64,000 nt of DNA. It comes from Hormiphora californensis. Taxonomy: Eukaryota > Animalia > Ctenophora. Position numbers and translations under genes: made by a program. Location of the stretch: contig CM035357.1 of assembly GCA_020137815.1 (NCBI GenBank), positions 5,022,001 through 5,086,000 of the forward strand, given 5' to 3'. The notes under the pieces were generated by a model. The model was not told the DNA's origin and searched no databases. It saw only the letters and a program-made list of their open reading frames with translations. Positions 26,582-39,648 of the stretch are shown here, one piece after another. Position 1 is the first letter of the stretch; every line of letters begins with the position of its first letter.

Positions 26582-26881
26582 TTAATACCAGATGAAAAAA
26601 AAACCCATAAAACCATAACCATAGATATTTTTAGAGTGAAAGTTTTGAAGCCCCCTGAAGTAGTAGAGAGGTGTTCTATGGCTCGTTGGAAAGGTCTCGA
26701 GGTCCCGCGACGTATAGGGGGTGTGGCGATGGGTGTGCCCAAACCTATAAGGGGTAGGACGCGAAAAACAGTCAAAATAAGGGGTATGCTGAACTCGACA
26801 ATTAGAAGCAGTAGAAAGGTGTTCTAGGGTGCGTTCGAAAGCTCTCGAGGTGCTGAATTAATTGGAATGTAATTGGAAGTA

Positions 26882-27721
26882 CAGTCGGACCCCGATTTAA
26901 CGGCAACCTCGGGGGAAAGGGTTTAGTCCGTTAAATCGGGGTGTCCGTTAAATCGGGGTAGAGCATATTTGGCCCATATAACCCTATTTTTGTCCAAAAT
27001 ACTATACTAAATCACCTCTAAGTAAATGCAATGTCCATGTATTGATTACATGATCATTTCTGATTAGAAAAAGAAAATATTTTAAAATATTTTTAAAAAA
27101 AGTTATGAAAATTTTCTAAGGTACGTGTACTGGTATATCAACCATGTCCGAATCGTATATCGAATCAGTGCATCTTATCGCATGTCTTGCTGCTAATTAG
27201 ATGGTTCGAAACGAACCGATACGTGATACCATGCCGAATTGGGGCACTTTAAGCGGGGTGAGGAAGAATTCGAATTTCAAAATATATTTTTCTCTGAAAA
27301 TTCATGGGGAGCATCGATCAAAGCATTGACAATCATTCTGTAAAATTTTCCAAAGAAAAGTTATGAAAATTTTTCAAAGATATATCAACCACGTCCGAAT
27401 CGTGTTTCGAATCAGTGCATCTTATCGCACGTCCTGTCGCTAATTAGACGGTTCGAAACGAACCGATACGTGATCCCCATGGGGCCAGTATAACAAGCGT
27501 CAAAATTGCGACTCGATGGGCCTCATGGGGATCACATATCTGTTCGTTTCGAACCGTCTAATTACGGGTAAGACATGCAATAAGATGTACCGATTCGAAA
27601 CACGATTCGGACGTGGTTGAAACAACTTTGAAAAATTTTCAAAAAATTGTTGGGGGAAACTTATCCTGCCGTTAAATCGGGGTGCCGCTAAATCGGGGGC
27701 CGTTAAATCGGGGTCCGACTG
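26882..27721. mobile_element. pogo/Tc1-like MITE, TA TSD
   Basis: TIR CAGTCGGACCCCGATTTAACGG; subterminal ccgttaaatcgggg repeats; empty site ggaagTAattacatg in the paralogous copy near 36260. Confidence 0.9.
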
Positions 27722-28184
27722 TAATTACATGTAATTAAAATGTAATTACATGTAATTAAAGGGTAATTACATGTAATTAAAAGGTCTAAATGACCCAGAA
27801 TGATAATTTAAACATATTTTGACATATTTGGAGGCCCTGAGACCAGTGCAGCGGGTGGCCAAATTTAATCCGGTTTCGGGTCGGCTGACGTAAAAACTCC
27901 GTCTTAGGATATATATCCTCGTTACATTTCAGCCTTGATGCCCGATTATTCAAGTCTTGACTTTACCAAGACATTCCTCCAAAGTGTTTCTGCTTTCACT
28001 CCATCTCTCTGCATCACTCGGAAGTTGGACCCACACTGGGTTTTTACAGTCCTACCTTTGCCTCATCTTTGATGAGACATACCCTTGATAATTACCTACT
28101 AGTATATAGTTTGATTTAAGACCATAGCGCAGATAAAGCCGGGACATTGGACAATCATACCAAATAAAATATTGCCTTGTTCAA

Positions 28185-28997
28185 CCCTCCCGCCCTGCCC
28201 CCGGGTTTGAACAAAACAAATAAAATATAGGATACCAAATAAAATATAGGATACCATATAAAATATAGGATATTTTTATTAGGAATAAATATTTTAGTTA
28301 TATGTTTATAATATCAATTGTTAAATTCTCATATTTTAGCTGCACACCCCACGGGACCCCTCCCGCCCTGCCCCCGGGTTTGAACAAAACAAATAAAATA
28401 TAGGATACCAATTAAAATATAGGATACCAAATAAAATATAGGATATTTTTATTAGGAATAAATATTTTAGTTATATGTTTATAATATCACTTGTTAAATT
28501 CTCATATTTTAGCTGCACACCCACGGGACCCACGTACAGCATTTGCGGTAACCACGGGACCCACACAGCATTTGTGGTAACCAAGAGACCCCTTTTTACT
28601 CTTGTTTATTACAACCCTCCCGCCGGGTTTGAACAAAACAAATAAAATATAGGATACCAAATAAAATATAGGATACCATATAAAATATAGGATATTTTTA
28701 TTAGGAATAAATATTTTAGTTATATGTTTATAATATCAATTGTTAAATTCTCATATTTTAGCTGCACACCCCACGGGACCCCTCCCGCCCTGCCCCCGGG
28801 TTTGAACAAAACAAATAAAATATAGGATACCAAATAAAATATAGGATACCAAATAAAATATAGGATATTTTTATTAGGAATAAATATTTTAGTTATATGT
28901 TTATAATATCACTTGTTAAATTCTCATATTTTAGCTGCACACCCACGGGACCCACGTACAGCATTTGTGGTAACCAAGGGACCCTTTTTACTCTTGT
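28185..28997. repeat. Two-level tandem repeat (4 units of ~170-250 bp with aaaatataggatacca sub-repeats)
   Basis: Units start ccctcccgcc at ~28185, 28358, 28615, 28780; pairs recur with a ~425 bp period. Confidence 0.9.
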
Positions 28998-29109
28998 TTA
29001 TTACACTACATTTGTACTGAAGCTATATTTCAGGCCTATAGACACCTATATTGCATCTTCTAGTCTTAAAATGGTTTGAAATAAAGATTGACATCATCTA
29101 GCGCCCATT

Positions 29110-29445
29110 ATGATCGCCCTCCTGCTGCTGCTGGTGGTGTCGGTTGCAGCAGAAGAGCAATGTCCCGTTAGTGAGGTGGGAGGCTTCCTAAAGCGTCGCT
29201 GCGACGACGGGAAATTCCAGTGCATGACTTCAAACACTACCTATACCATGTTCACCACTTTCATCTCTCGGCAGGTTACTACTGCAGTACTACCCATCTG
29301 CCCGGACGATTCTTCACACTACCAAGCGTGCCTGAAGTCCACTGAAATGGTCAACCAGGCCCCTCATTGTGGTTTCTTTCTTATTTGTAAAACAATCAAC
29401 CGTTCTTGTGCACTGCGAGGGTGTTCTGAACATCCTGGCCCTTGA
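29110..29445 (+). pseudogene. Internally deleted duplicate of the LDLa-GPCR (signal peptide plus ~90 N-terminal residues only)
   Basis: 29110-29378 is near-identical to 31887-32155, then jumps to sequence matching 35375-35406 downstream of the full copy. Confidence 0.85.
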
Positions 29446-29796
29446 AAAGACGAAGTTGTAACCTGTCATAAAGTCCGTGGTCAGTATGAAAAATAATAAC
29501 TAACATGTCACGCTCACAACTACACCAAAATCAACCATTATAACTTCTCCGATACTGTTTGTGATCTATATTGGGGTTTGGTGCGAGGGGCATCATGGAT
29601 AAGAAATCTCGCAACAATAATTGAAGATGTTGCTTCCTACGAATATTAATGTTCAGATGACTATTCAATTAGTTTTTATCTAGAAAAGTCTTGTTCTTGA
29701 ATAAATTCATGTGATAAGAGCAGAGTATAACGGGGCCGAGTATAACGGGGGCCCCGTTATAAGTGCTACCCCGGGGTTCACAATATCGCACCTTGT

Positions 29797-30345
29797 CTTC
29801 TTCTTCTTCAATAAATTCATGTGGTAAAAGAGCACTTATTTACGATTATTCTTCTTATCCCAGCTTGCTTTGCTGCTGACCCTGGATCAAAATTCACTGT
29901 GCCTCGGTTTGAACAAAACAAGCCTCCCCCCATGTTGTCACTGCTAAGATATAGTCATTTCTCTGTCTTGTTTCTTCCAGCCGGCCAGTAGCTCACCAGC
30001 TACAATGCATCTTTCCATATTTGATTGTCGATATTGGTGGTTCTATTAGCCAGTTGTAGAATTTATTGTGTGTTTGGCTCTTGCTTTTTGTATTTCTTAC
30101 TTGGTATTTTCCATATGTTCATATGATTGAACTTTCTTTGTCTGCATACATTCTTTTCGTGTGTTTTCCTCCATTATTTTCGAATAGTTGGATTGTGTTT
30201 TCATTGGCCCTCTCTTTAAGTATGTTTGTGACATGGCTCATCGGCATTGGGCATGCTCTCCGAGCCCCTTCAGTTTTACCCATTTTTGTTAGTTCGTCTG
30301 CTGTTTCGTTTCCTTCATATCCTATGTGTGAGGCTTGATCCATCT
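29797..30345 (-). mobile_element. 5'-truncated non-LTR retrotransposon relic (RNase H C-terminus)
   Basis: Frameshifted WIK..HIGYEGNETADELTKMG matches the RNase H motif WxKxHxGxxGNExADxLAKxG of LINE ORF2; possible (GAA)n tail near 29797-29810. Confidence 0.7.
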
Positions 30346-30471
30346 TAAGATAAACAAGAGTAAGGATAATTATCCTTACTCTTGTTTATTACTAAACATA
30401 TTTTGTACTGCAGCTATATTTCAGGCCTATATACACCTATTATTACATCTTTTAGTCTTAAAATGGTTTAA

Positions 30472-31852
30472 AGGGATACTGACATATTCAAAAATGTTTG
30501 ACTTTTTCAACGATCCTGGGTGTGGTAACTGGTTGGGAGATAAAAATACGATGAGTCGAAGTGCGAACTCTCTACTCCCTCTCGTTCTCAAGATACAGGG
30601 CCCCACCTTTTATCACTTCTTAATTGGTTTGGGTATAGAGGGAGAGCCGTATTGCAAATTACATGTAAACATGAGTATGTTTATCTATCAATATCTCAAC
30701 TTTCACATGCACGATTTTGATCGGATTTTTTTCTGAAAGTCAGAAATGTTTAAAATTTTTAGTATTTCCATATGATGTATCAGAATCATAAATAAATCAG
30801 TAAATAAACAAGTAAACTTTGCAGTTTGAGGTGAACTGGAGTAAATTGTCAATTAGACCCAATTATGATCAATTAGAGCACTTTGCCGACCTCTGAGGAC
30901 TTGTAAAAGTTGCTCAAGTGATTCAACGTATCAAAATTAGTGTGTAAAGTGCCCTCACACGATCTTTTAGCATTTCCATTTGAAAAATGCAATTATTGCC
31001 AATTAGACTGAATAATGCTCAATTAGGACACTTTCTTCACCTCTGACGGCTTGGAAAAGCCGCTTACGTGATTCAGCGTATCAAAATTAGTGGGGATAGT
31101 ACTCTCACATGAACTGATAACGTTTTCATGCGATAAGTTACAGTTACGATCACTTAGACCCGATTATGCTCAATTAGGGCACTTTCTCCACCCCTGAGCG
31201 CTTGCCAAAGTTGCTTATGTGATTCAACGTATCAAAATTAGTCGGGTATAGTGGTTTTGCCTTTTATACCAATTAGTTGCCTAAATTTTTCAGTTTATAC
31301 TCTCCTAGGATACAATATTCATTTCAGGGCTGAATAGTTAATAACTATTGACTATGTTATTGACTGTGGGATAAATATTAACATCTTGATGTAAAATTGA
31401 GGAAGTACAGCCAAATTTTATTGACATTAGCTACTGTTCAATACCATGATAATATTGTTCTAAGAAGGCATACATTTCAAAAAAATCACCGTCTTGCTTA
31501 GATATAGTTCTATCTATTCATGACAAGTCTAGAGACCAATGGAAACCAAAAACGGAAACTAGAAGTGGTCTTAAAGTTTTTAGAAAAAAAAACCGGTCAA
31601 AATCGCATGTGTATTAGCTGAGATAATGACATATAAACAGGCTCGTGTTTACCTGTAATCTGTAATGCTGGTCTCCTCCTCTTACCCAAACCAATTAGTG
31701 GGTGTTAATATTTGGGACCCCATATCTTGAGAAGTAGAGGGAGTAGAGAGCTCGGACTTCGACACAATGTATTTATTCTCTCAGATGATGTCATTGAGCA
31801 AATATGTTTTATTAAAATTTGAGATGGTCGATTTGAATATGTCAGTATCCCT
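30472..31852. mobile_element. Kolobok-like non-autonomous transposon inserted ~34 bp upstream of the GPCR ATG
   Basis: TIR AGGGATACTGACATATTCAAA; TTAA at 30468-30471 and 31853-31856; the duplicate locus at 29070-29110 lacks it; internal ~120 bp tandem repeats at 30848-31245. Confidence 0.85.
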
Positions 31853-31886
31853 TTAAAACAAAGATTGATATCATCTAGCGCCCTTT

Positions 31887-34800
31887 ATGATCGCCCTCCT
31901 GGTGCTGTTGGTGGTGTCGGTTGCAGCAGAAGAGCAATGTCCCGTTAGTGAGGTGGGAGGCTTCCTAAAGCGTCGCTGCGACGACGGGAAATTCCAGTGC
32001 ATGACTTCAAACACTACCTATACCATGTTCAACACTTTCATCTCTCGGCAGGTTACTACTGCAGTACTACCCATCTGCCCGGACGATTCTTCACACTACC
32101 AAGCGTGCCTGAAGTCCACTGAAATGGTCAACCAGGCCCCTCATTGTGGTTTCTTGTGTGAATCGAACTACGTTGAACTTGGTTGGCTCATCGGTATGTC
32201 ACCATGTGAAGACCAAGGTGATATGACAACTGTCCGAGTGGGCGCATTAGATTACTCAACCCGATCCGGTACGACCTGTAACAACATCTGTGACGGAATA
32301 ATGAATTGGGACAGAGAGTCTGAAGTGAAAATAAACACGTGGTGCCTCGAGGAGCTGACGTGCAACCATTACCAATATGGGTATGTGTGCCAAGTGTACA
32401 CAGAAGCAAATTATACAGTTCAGCTTACACAGATTCTACCCTGGCAGTCCATTGCTCTTAAAGACGCGGTTACTTGCGAATACTTACCCTCACAAAGTGA
32501 GCATGTACACGCCCTTATTCAGTCAGAGTTGGAGGAGTTTTGTATAAGACATGGAACATTTAACGACTCAACAGATGAGATAAATGTAAGCTTGTATCCG
32601 CTAACCAACAGGACACGGTGCTTTCCTTTCCAGTTCCTTTCGAAAATCTTAAAGACTGCAAACTCTGGGATGCCTTGGTGTGTAAACGGTTACGATCAAA
32701 CTAACTGCACCGACCCGGCAAGAGTTGCTGGAAAGTGTCTGATAAGAGGCTACCTAAGCACCGTGTCCACCCTGATGACATGTCTCCCTGGAATGCCCGG
32801 TGTTTGCGATGACGGTATGGATCTCCAGTGTGTCCAGGTCACGGATATGTGTATGCTCCACCGGCACAGGTTATGTGATAAGGTCACAGATTGCGACCTC
32901 AACCTCGATGAAACTAAATCCATCTGTGGAAGTTTGTCATCACGGAAGTGTATCCGACGCTTCGGAAGAAAGAATCTCCTTGAAATTCCTTTTGCCTGGG
33001 TTAAGGACGGAGTGATCGACTGTGAAAAGGGAGAGGATGAAGCGGATAACTGGCAAATGTGTGGGGAAGGTCGGACCCTGCGGTACAGGGACCCATCGCA
33101 AACATGTGACGAAGTGTTTCTATGTGGCAGAGATGGCGTTGAGAGCTTCAAAAATACATCAACTGTTTGTGGTGGATCGATAGTTAGTGAATGTAAAAAG
33201 GAAAGTCCGGCATGTGCAAAGTCTATAGAAATCCCCGAAGTTTCCCGGATTCAAATCGTAATGCCAGATTCCACCGTTTACGATCCAGTTTGCTTAAAAG
33301 GACTTCACGGCCTGCGGGTCCTTAAAGGTTCCCTATGCATGTTCACTCTTTTCAAAAAGCTCACTTTTCATGGCGAACTTTCTCGGTTTGTATTTCGTGA
33401 TGTCAAACAAAACCAAGACTGTCGGCATCTGTATGGAGAAGCATACGTCTTGGCAAGCTGTAAAGGTCTATGTAATGTCCCCTGTCCTACCAAACAACTG
33501 TTGAGCTTTGGCACGTGCGTAAACATTAAACGAAAGGTATACGCTCTTGGCATGGACCAAAATCTGACTATGGTGATCAAAGAAAAGAATGGGTTTCACA
33601 ATGACATGTTTCTCTGTGGAAACAGTAAGTGTGTTGAATACGAAAATGTATGTGATTTGAGGGACAACTGTGGAGACGGATCGGACGAGAGGAACTGTGC
33701 AAACAACTTCAAGTGTACTTCTCACGACAGATACCTGGCGCTAACTCAAAAGTGCGACGGTAAAATCGATTGTCAAGATCTTTCAGATGAGTGCAACAGT
33801 GAGTGCTCCAAAACTGTTTTGAGAAGCGCCGTATTTGCCACAACCGGATGTATTCTTGGTGTAGTTGGCCTAGTTTTCAACATTTACAGTCTAATCAAAG
33901 GGGTCGGGAGACTTATTGATAGCAAAATAAAAACAGGAGCATTCATCCAAGAAAGTTTAGTGCAGCTTATTTCTGTAGGAGATTTACTGACTAGCTGTTA
34001 CCTCCTGACCATAACTGGCTATTCTGTGGTCTACGGGAGTGGGTTTTGTAGACGGCAGCTTGAATGGGCCACCTCACCACAATGTAAAATCCTGGGAACT
34101 ATAACATCCACGGGGTCTCTTCTTTCCTCCATTGCTATGGCAACCATGAGCTTGTTCCGAATTCATGGCACTCTTGGTGCTATAAGATTGGAAATCAGCC
34201 ACGAGGTGGAGAGAAAAACTCGAGTCTCTATGGGCTATCTAATTGGATTTATCGTGGCCGTGGCATTAATCCACAGTGTGGTACCCCTGTTCCCCTACTT
34301 CGAGGACAACTTTGTAAATGGGCTGAGTTACGGAGCGGGTGTGCAATTGTTCCTGGGTCCCGTTTCCAAAAGAAAGCATGTCGTAGTTGCTGCAGGGTAC
34401 TTTGGAAGAAACACAGAGAAAAGTGATAAATCGTGGTCCTCCATTCGCAAAATGGTCGCTGAAATGTTTTCCCGTGATTATGGGGGTGTTTCCAACGGAA
34501 GGTCAGTATGATCATCGCAACGGATACCATCACCTGGGTACCCTTCTTGATTTGCTGTGCTCTACATACTACCCAGGTGGTGGACATGTCGCCGTATTAC
34601 CCCATTTTTTCCATCCTCATCTTGCCGCTCAACTCCGTTCTAAACCCGGTCCTTTACGGGAGCCTGATTATGCCAATCCTATCAAGATTTTGGAGTGCTA
34701 TAACTCGATGGTCTGCCAAACGAATGCCGAGGACCTCCCATGGTGACGCAGCAGCAAACGAAGAGGGAGCGGCTGCAGGTGTGATAGATGTTGCGATAGA

Positions 34801-34933
34801 AATGTCCAGAATTGCTCCGGTCGAATCATCTCTTGACCTTGAAGGTCCTCAGTTCGTCGAATCATCTTTTTCGCGAGGAACTGGTCCAGTGTCGACGGAA
34901 TCCAATGATGAGACAATTTTACCTGACAACTAA
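31887..34933 (+). pseudogene. Intronless LDLa-repeat rhodopsin-class GPCR (GRL101/RXFP-related 7TM, no LRRs), disrupted by deletion and frameshift near 34491-34511
   Basis: Signal peptide; Cys-rich ectodomain with LDLa modules (CDLRDNCGDGSDERNC, CDGKIDCQDLSDEC); TM1-TM4 in ORF 31887..34511; TM6 (IIATDTITWVP) and TM7 (PLNSVLNPVLY) in ORF 34508..34933; no TM5. Confidence 0.85.
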
Positions 34934-35419
34934 GATCTATGTTTCTCAGGACCTGCAGACCCTGTTTGAAATGCAATTGGTCTTGATTGATGATTGTTGT
35001 TCAGCCAAGACATTGTCCAATTATTTCTGTCTGCTGCCATATATTTTGTATGGTCCGTAACTGTATGGCTGGTTCTAGTTGTTAATTGTTGAAAGGATAC
35101 ACCTGCATCAGTTTGTTCTGTTGAATAAATTTTGATTTCTCCTTCCGGCTGGACGAATTGGACGGGTATTTTATTGTAGAAGAACGCGTTTTGATGATCA
35201 ATGAAGTTCTTTCAGATAATTGGAAGTATTTAGAGATAAAGTGAACCTGCCAGCTGCCTGGATTGGGGAATGAGACTGTGAATTGTCTGTGTATCTGCAT
35301 ACTATATTATGATTTATTGTTTCTGTTTAGTTTTAATTTTGGTTCTGAACAAGTCGTGTTTATTTTGTAATTCGTCATTATTTGTAAAACAATCAACTGT
35401 TCTTGTAAACACGCGATGT

Positions 35420-35491
35420 CGGTAAGTTGCATTTACCGCTCAGTAACTGTCGGTATACCGAGACTTACTGAGCGGTAAATGCAACTTACCG
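35420..35491. repeat. Near-perfect hairpin
   Basis: cggtaagttgcatttaccgctcagtaa...ttactgagcggtaaatgcaacttaccg. Confidence 0.85.
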
Positions 35492-35860
35492 TCACGCGCA
35501 AATCTGAGATTTAATGTTTTGGTCCAAAAATTGTTAAAACTCGTCACAAACTTGTTTATATAACTTGCTTATATAATTACATATCAATTTGCTACCGAAA
35601 AAAAGATAACTTTTTTCAACTTTTTGAACCGAAACAATATATGATAGCTGAAGACGTGATACACAGTGATCTCGAAAGCTTCTGTCAATTTATTTGATTT
35701 AGTACCATTATATCGTTGTCTATCTTGTTAATAAAATATATGATTAGATGACTGGTTAAAATGGTATATTATATGATTTAGTCCAAAAACCAATTAAATA
35801 AATTAGTTTGGATGCCCGGGCCCATTTGGTGTCACGGGGGTAAAACCTTTAGGCTACTGT

Positions 35861-37002
35861 CATTCGAGGCCTGGCAAGGCCCCCCGATCCGAACATAACC
35901 CAATCTGAACCCATCCCCCCCCCCTAAAACAACGGGGCCGAGCCGACAGGCCCTGATCTATAACAGATGCCAAAAAAACCATAAAAACCATAAAACCATA
36001 AAACCATAGATATTTTTAGAGTGAAAGTTTTGAAGCCCCCTGAAGTAGTAGAGTGGTGTTCTATGGCTCGTTGGAAAGATCTCGAGGTCCCGCGACGTAT
36101 AGGGGGTGTGGCGATGGGTGTGCCCAAACCTATAAGGGGTAGGACGCGAAAAACAGTCAAAATAAGGGGTATGCTGAACTCGGCAATTAGAAGGAGTAGA
36201 AAGGTGTTCTAGGGTGCGTTCGAAAGCTCTCGAGGTGCTGAATTAATTGGAATGTAATTGGAAGTAATTACATGTAATTAAAATGTAATTACATGTAATT
36301 AAAGGGTAATTACATGTAATTAAAAGGTCTAAATGACCCCAAATGACAATTCAGACATATTTTGACATATTTGGAGGCCCTGAGACAAGCGGGTGGCCAA
36401 ATTTAATCCGGTTTCGGGTCGGCTGACGTAAAAACTCCGCGTTTTGGTCGAGTAAACCATTCGGGGCCTGGCAAGGCCCCCCGACCCGAACATAACCCAA
36501 TCTCAACCCATCCCCCCCCCCCTAAAACAACGGGGCCGAGCCGATAGGCCCTCTATAACAGATGCCAAAAAACCATAAACCATAAACCATAAAAACCATA
36601 GATATTTTTAGAGTGAAAGTTTTGAAGCCCCCTGAAGTAGTAGAGAGGTGTTCTATGGCTCGTTGGAAAGGTCTCGAGGTCCCGCGACGTATAGGGGGTG
36701 TGGCGATGGCCATACCCAAACCTATAAGGGGTAGGACGCGAAAAACAGTCAAAATAAGGGGTATACAGAACTCGGCAATTAGAAGGAGTAGAAAGGTGTT
36801 CTAGGATGCATTCGAAAGCTCTCGAGGTCCTAAAGTAATTGGAATGTAATTGGAAGTAATTACATGTAATTTAAATGTAATTACGTGTAATTAAAGGGTA
36901 ATTACATGTAATTAAAAGGTTTAAATGACTCTGAGACCAGCTGGTGGCCAAATTTAATCCGGTTTCGGGTCGGCTGACGTAAAAACTCCGCGTTTTGGTC
37001 GA
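35861..37002. mobile_element. Two head-to-tail copies of the Helitron/Helentron-like ~550-590 bp repeat
   Basis: Units ~35861-36452 and ~36459-37002, both ending aaaaactccgcgttttggtcgag; highly similar to 24931-27901 minus its insertions. Confidence 0.7.
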
Positions 37003-37254
37003 GATAAGCATAAAGGCCAAACTAAACATGCAATTGCGGTATATCGAGGTATAGAAACAGGACAATCGTTGCAATAAAACCAAGGATACTACAACTTCTC
37101 ACAGCCGTATGACAAATGTTTTGTCCAATTATATCTGGAACAGTTCATAACATAACAAGATCGTGTTGTTAGAGTTAGGTATATTTCTGTCCCTGCATGT
37201 GGCCTAAATGTGCTATTCCACGCGAAAGAAAGATGGAGACAAAAAAGAAAGAGA

Positions 37255-37900
<646 letters not shown>

Positions 37901-39356
37901 CATATATCTGTCTCCCCTTTTCTGATTTCTCCCCCAATTACCGTGATTACAACAACATCAATTAATTTCGGGGACAATTTGATTGAACTCTGCAGGTGTC
38001 TTGAGAGAATGGGAGAAACGGGGAGATAGAGATTAGAGAATGAGACATTAGAGAATGATCAGAGAGACATGGAGAGATAGAGGGACGAGAGAGGTGGAGT
38101 GAACGAGAAAGAGATATGGGATGAATGAAAAATAGAGAAAGATAACGAGAGATAGAGAAATTAAAGAAATCGGTTTTAAAATAACTGGTCCAGAAACAAT
38201 GAATTGATATGAGATTAATTTTGTAGTGCTCCTCTCCCCTACATTATGTGTGCAATGATAGAACATGAATATTATCAATGAAAACTTATCGTATGATAGA
38301 ACAGGGAGGACCTGTATGGCGGCGCCATACCCCATTTGATTATCAGACAGATGCGCTCAGATGGGTTGCGGCAGAGTGACAGTACCCATTACCCATTATG
38401 ATTTATGACCTTTTGTAATGTCACATGTGTCATGTTTAATCACACTTCACATTCCTTTCTTTCAGGCCGGAGTTTGGTCTGAAGAATTCTCGAACCTACT
38501 CTATAAATTGTTCTGGTGAAAGAAATGACATTCAGATTCACGGAGGGGAATTGCCTCTAAAAAAGGTAATAATGACATCATTATAAGTTATCTACAACCC
38601 CCTCCTCCCCCTGGGCTCTCAAAACAGCCACAAGGCCTGCTGCACAATACATGTGGTCATTAGCCCGCATCATGTGACACTGTCCCGCTTCTTCCAAATC
38701 ATATCCGGAGGGCGCATTGAAATTAGATTAGGGTTCTCAGCGCGCGCGGTGTACTTTGTCAGACTCAGCGTGGGAAAACCGCGGTAAAACCCAATCAAAA
38801 CAGCCCTCAGTAAGGTTTTGTAACACTTTCCATGGTCATAGCTCCATCCCCTGATGGCCTGATGAGATAAACACTTGCACTTTTAAGAAAGATAGCTTTG
38901 ATCTTTCTTACGTCAATTTTCAATTTTTATCTCTCAGAGAGGGTGGAGCAATGACCGTGGGAAATTTCACGAAACCCGTTTGAGGGCTATTTTTGATTGA
39001 GCTTTCCTCTTCGTTATAAGAGGCTGCATCTGTCATTATGTGCCAACCAACTAATCAACAAAAGTGTGACTGAAGTGTAGTCGTTGCTCCTTACAACAAA
39101 TACAGCAAGCACAAACAAATTTGATCGAGGAGTTACACAGCTACACTCCACAATAAACTGAGGCAAGTTTGAGGCTGGTATAGCTTAAAACCCAAGAACC
39201 CAAGAACTGTACCATTAAGTTCCAGGAAGCTACTGAGCAGCAGGCAGCTCACAATCTTTTGCCACAAGTTACTCAACAACACAACCGTCAACCTGACAAT
39301 GACATCAACTGCGATGGCCCTTATACGTGGGTGTATTTCGTGGTAGAGAGAGAGAG

Positions 39357-39473
<117 letters not shown>

Positions 39474-39648
39474 GAGATTCTGATTATGAAATGAGCGATT
39501 TACTCATTTGCATTATGTTATACAATATGCACGCCCCACTTAGCTCTGCTACGACTAGCCGATGATGGGGCTGAGAGAAGCTTGCGGCTTGTTCGCTATC
39601 ATTATCATATTTGCACACCCGATCGTAACGAATTCATTATATATTGGG

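Larger units (their letters stand above)
24931..27901. mobile_element. Helitron/Helentron-like repeat (host copy carrying two nested insertions)
   Basis: Same family as 35861-37002; GC hairpin cggggcc-tggcaa-ggcccc at one end (locally triplicated), aattacatgtaatt repeats, no TIRs; interrupted at 25279-26581 and 26882-27721. Confidence 0.55.

Noticed and set aside
23527-26827. Mirror-image duplicate ORFs on both strands (also 39739-40600 and 8903-9432)
   Set aside because: By-products of palindromic transposon arms; no transposase motifs.
28185-28997. Repeat array as possible CRISPR or iteron region
   Set aside because: Whole units are duplicated without unique spacers; it is satellite-like.
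34508-34511. ATGA stop/start overlap suggesting a translationally coupled split receptor or programmed frameshift
   Set aside because: TM5 is physically missing, there is no slippery site, and the Met is the ordinary TM6 residue; deletion explains it.
38790-39002. Degenerate inverted repeat
   Set aside because: Probably an old MITE, but termini and TSD could not be defined.
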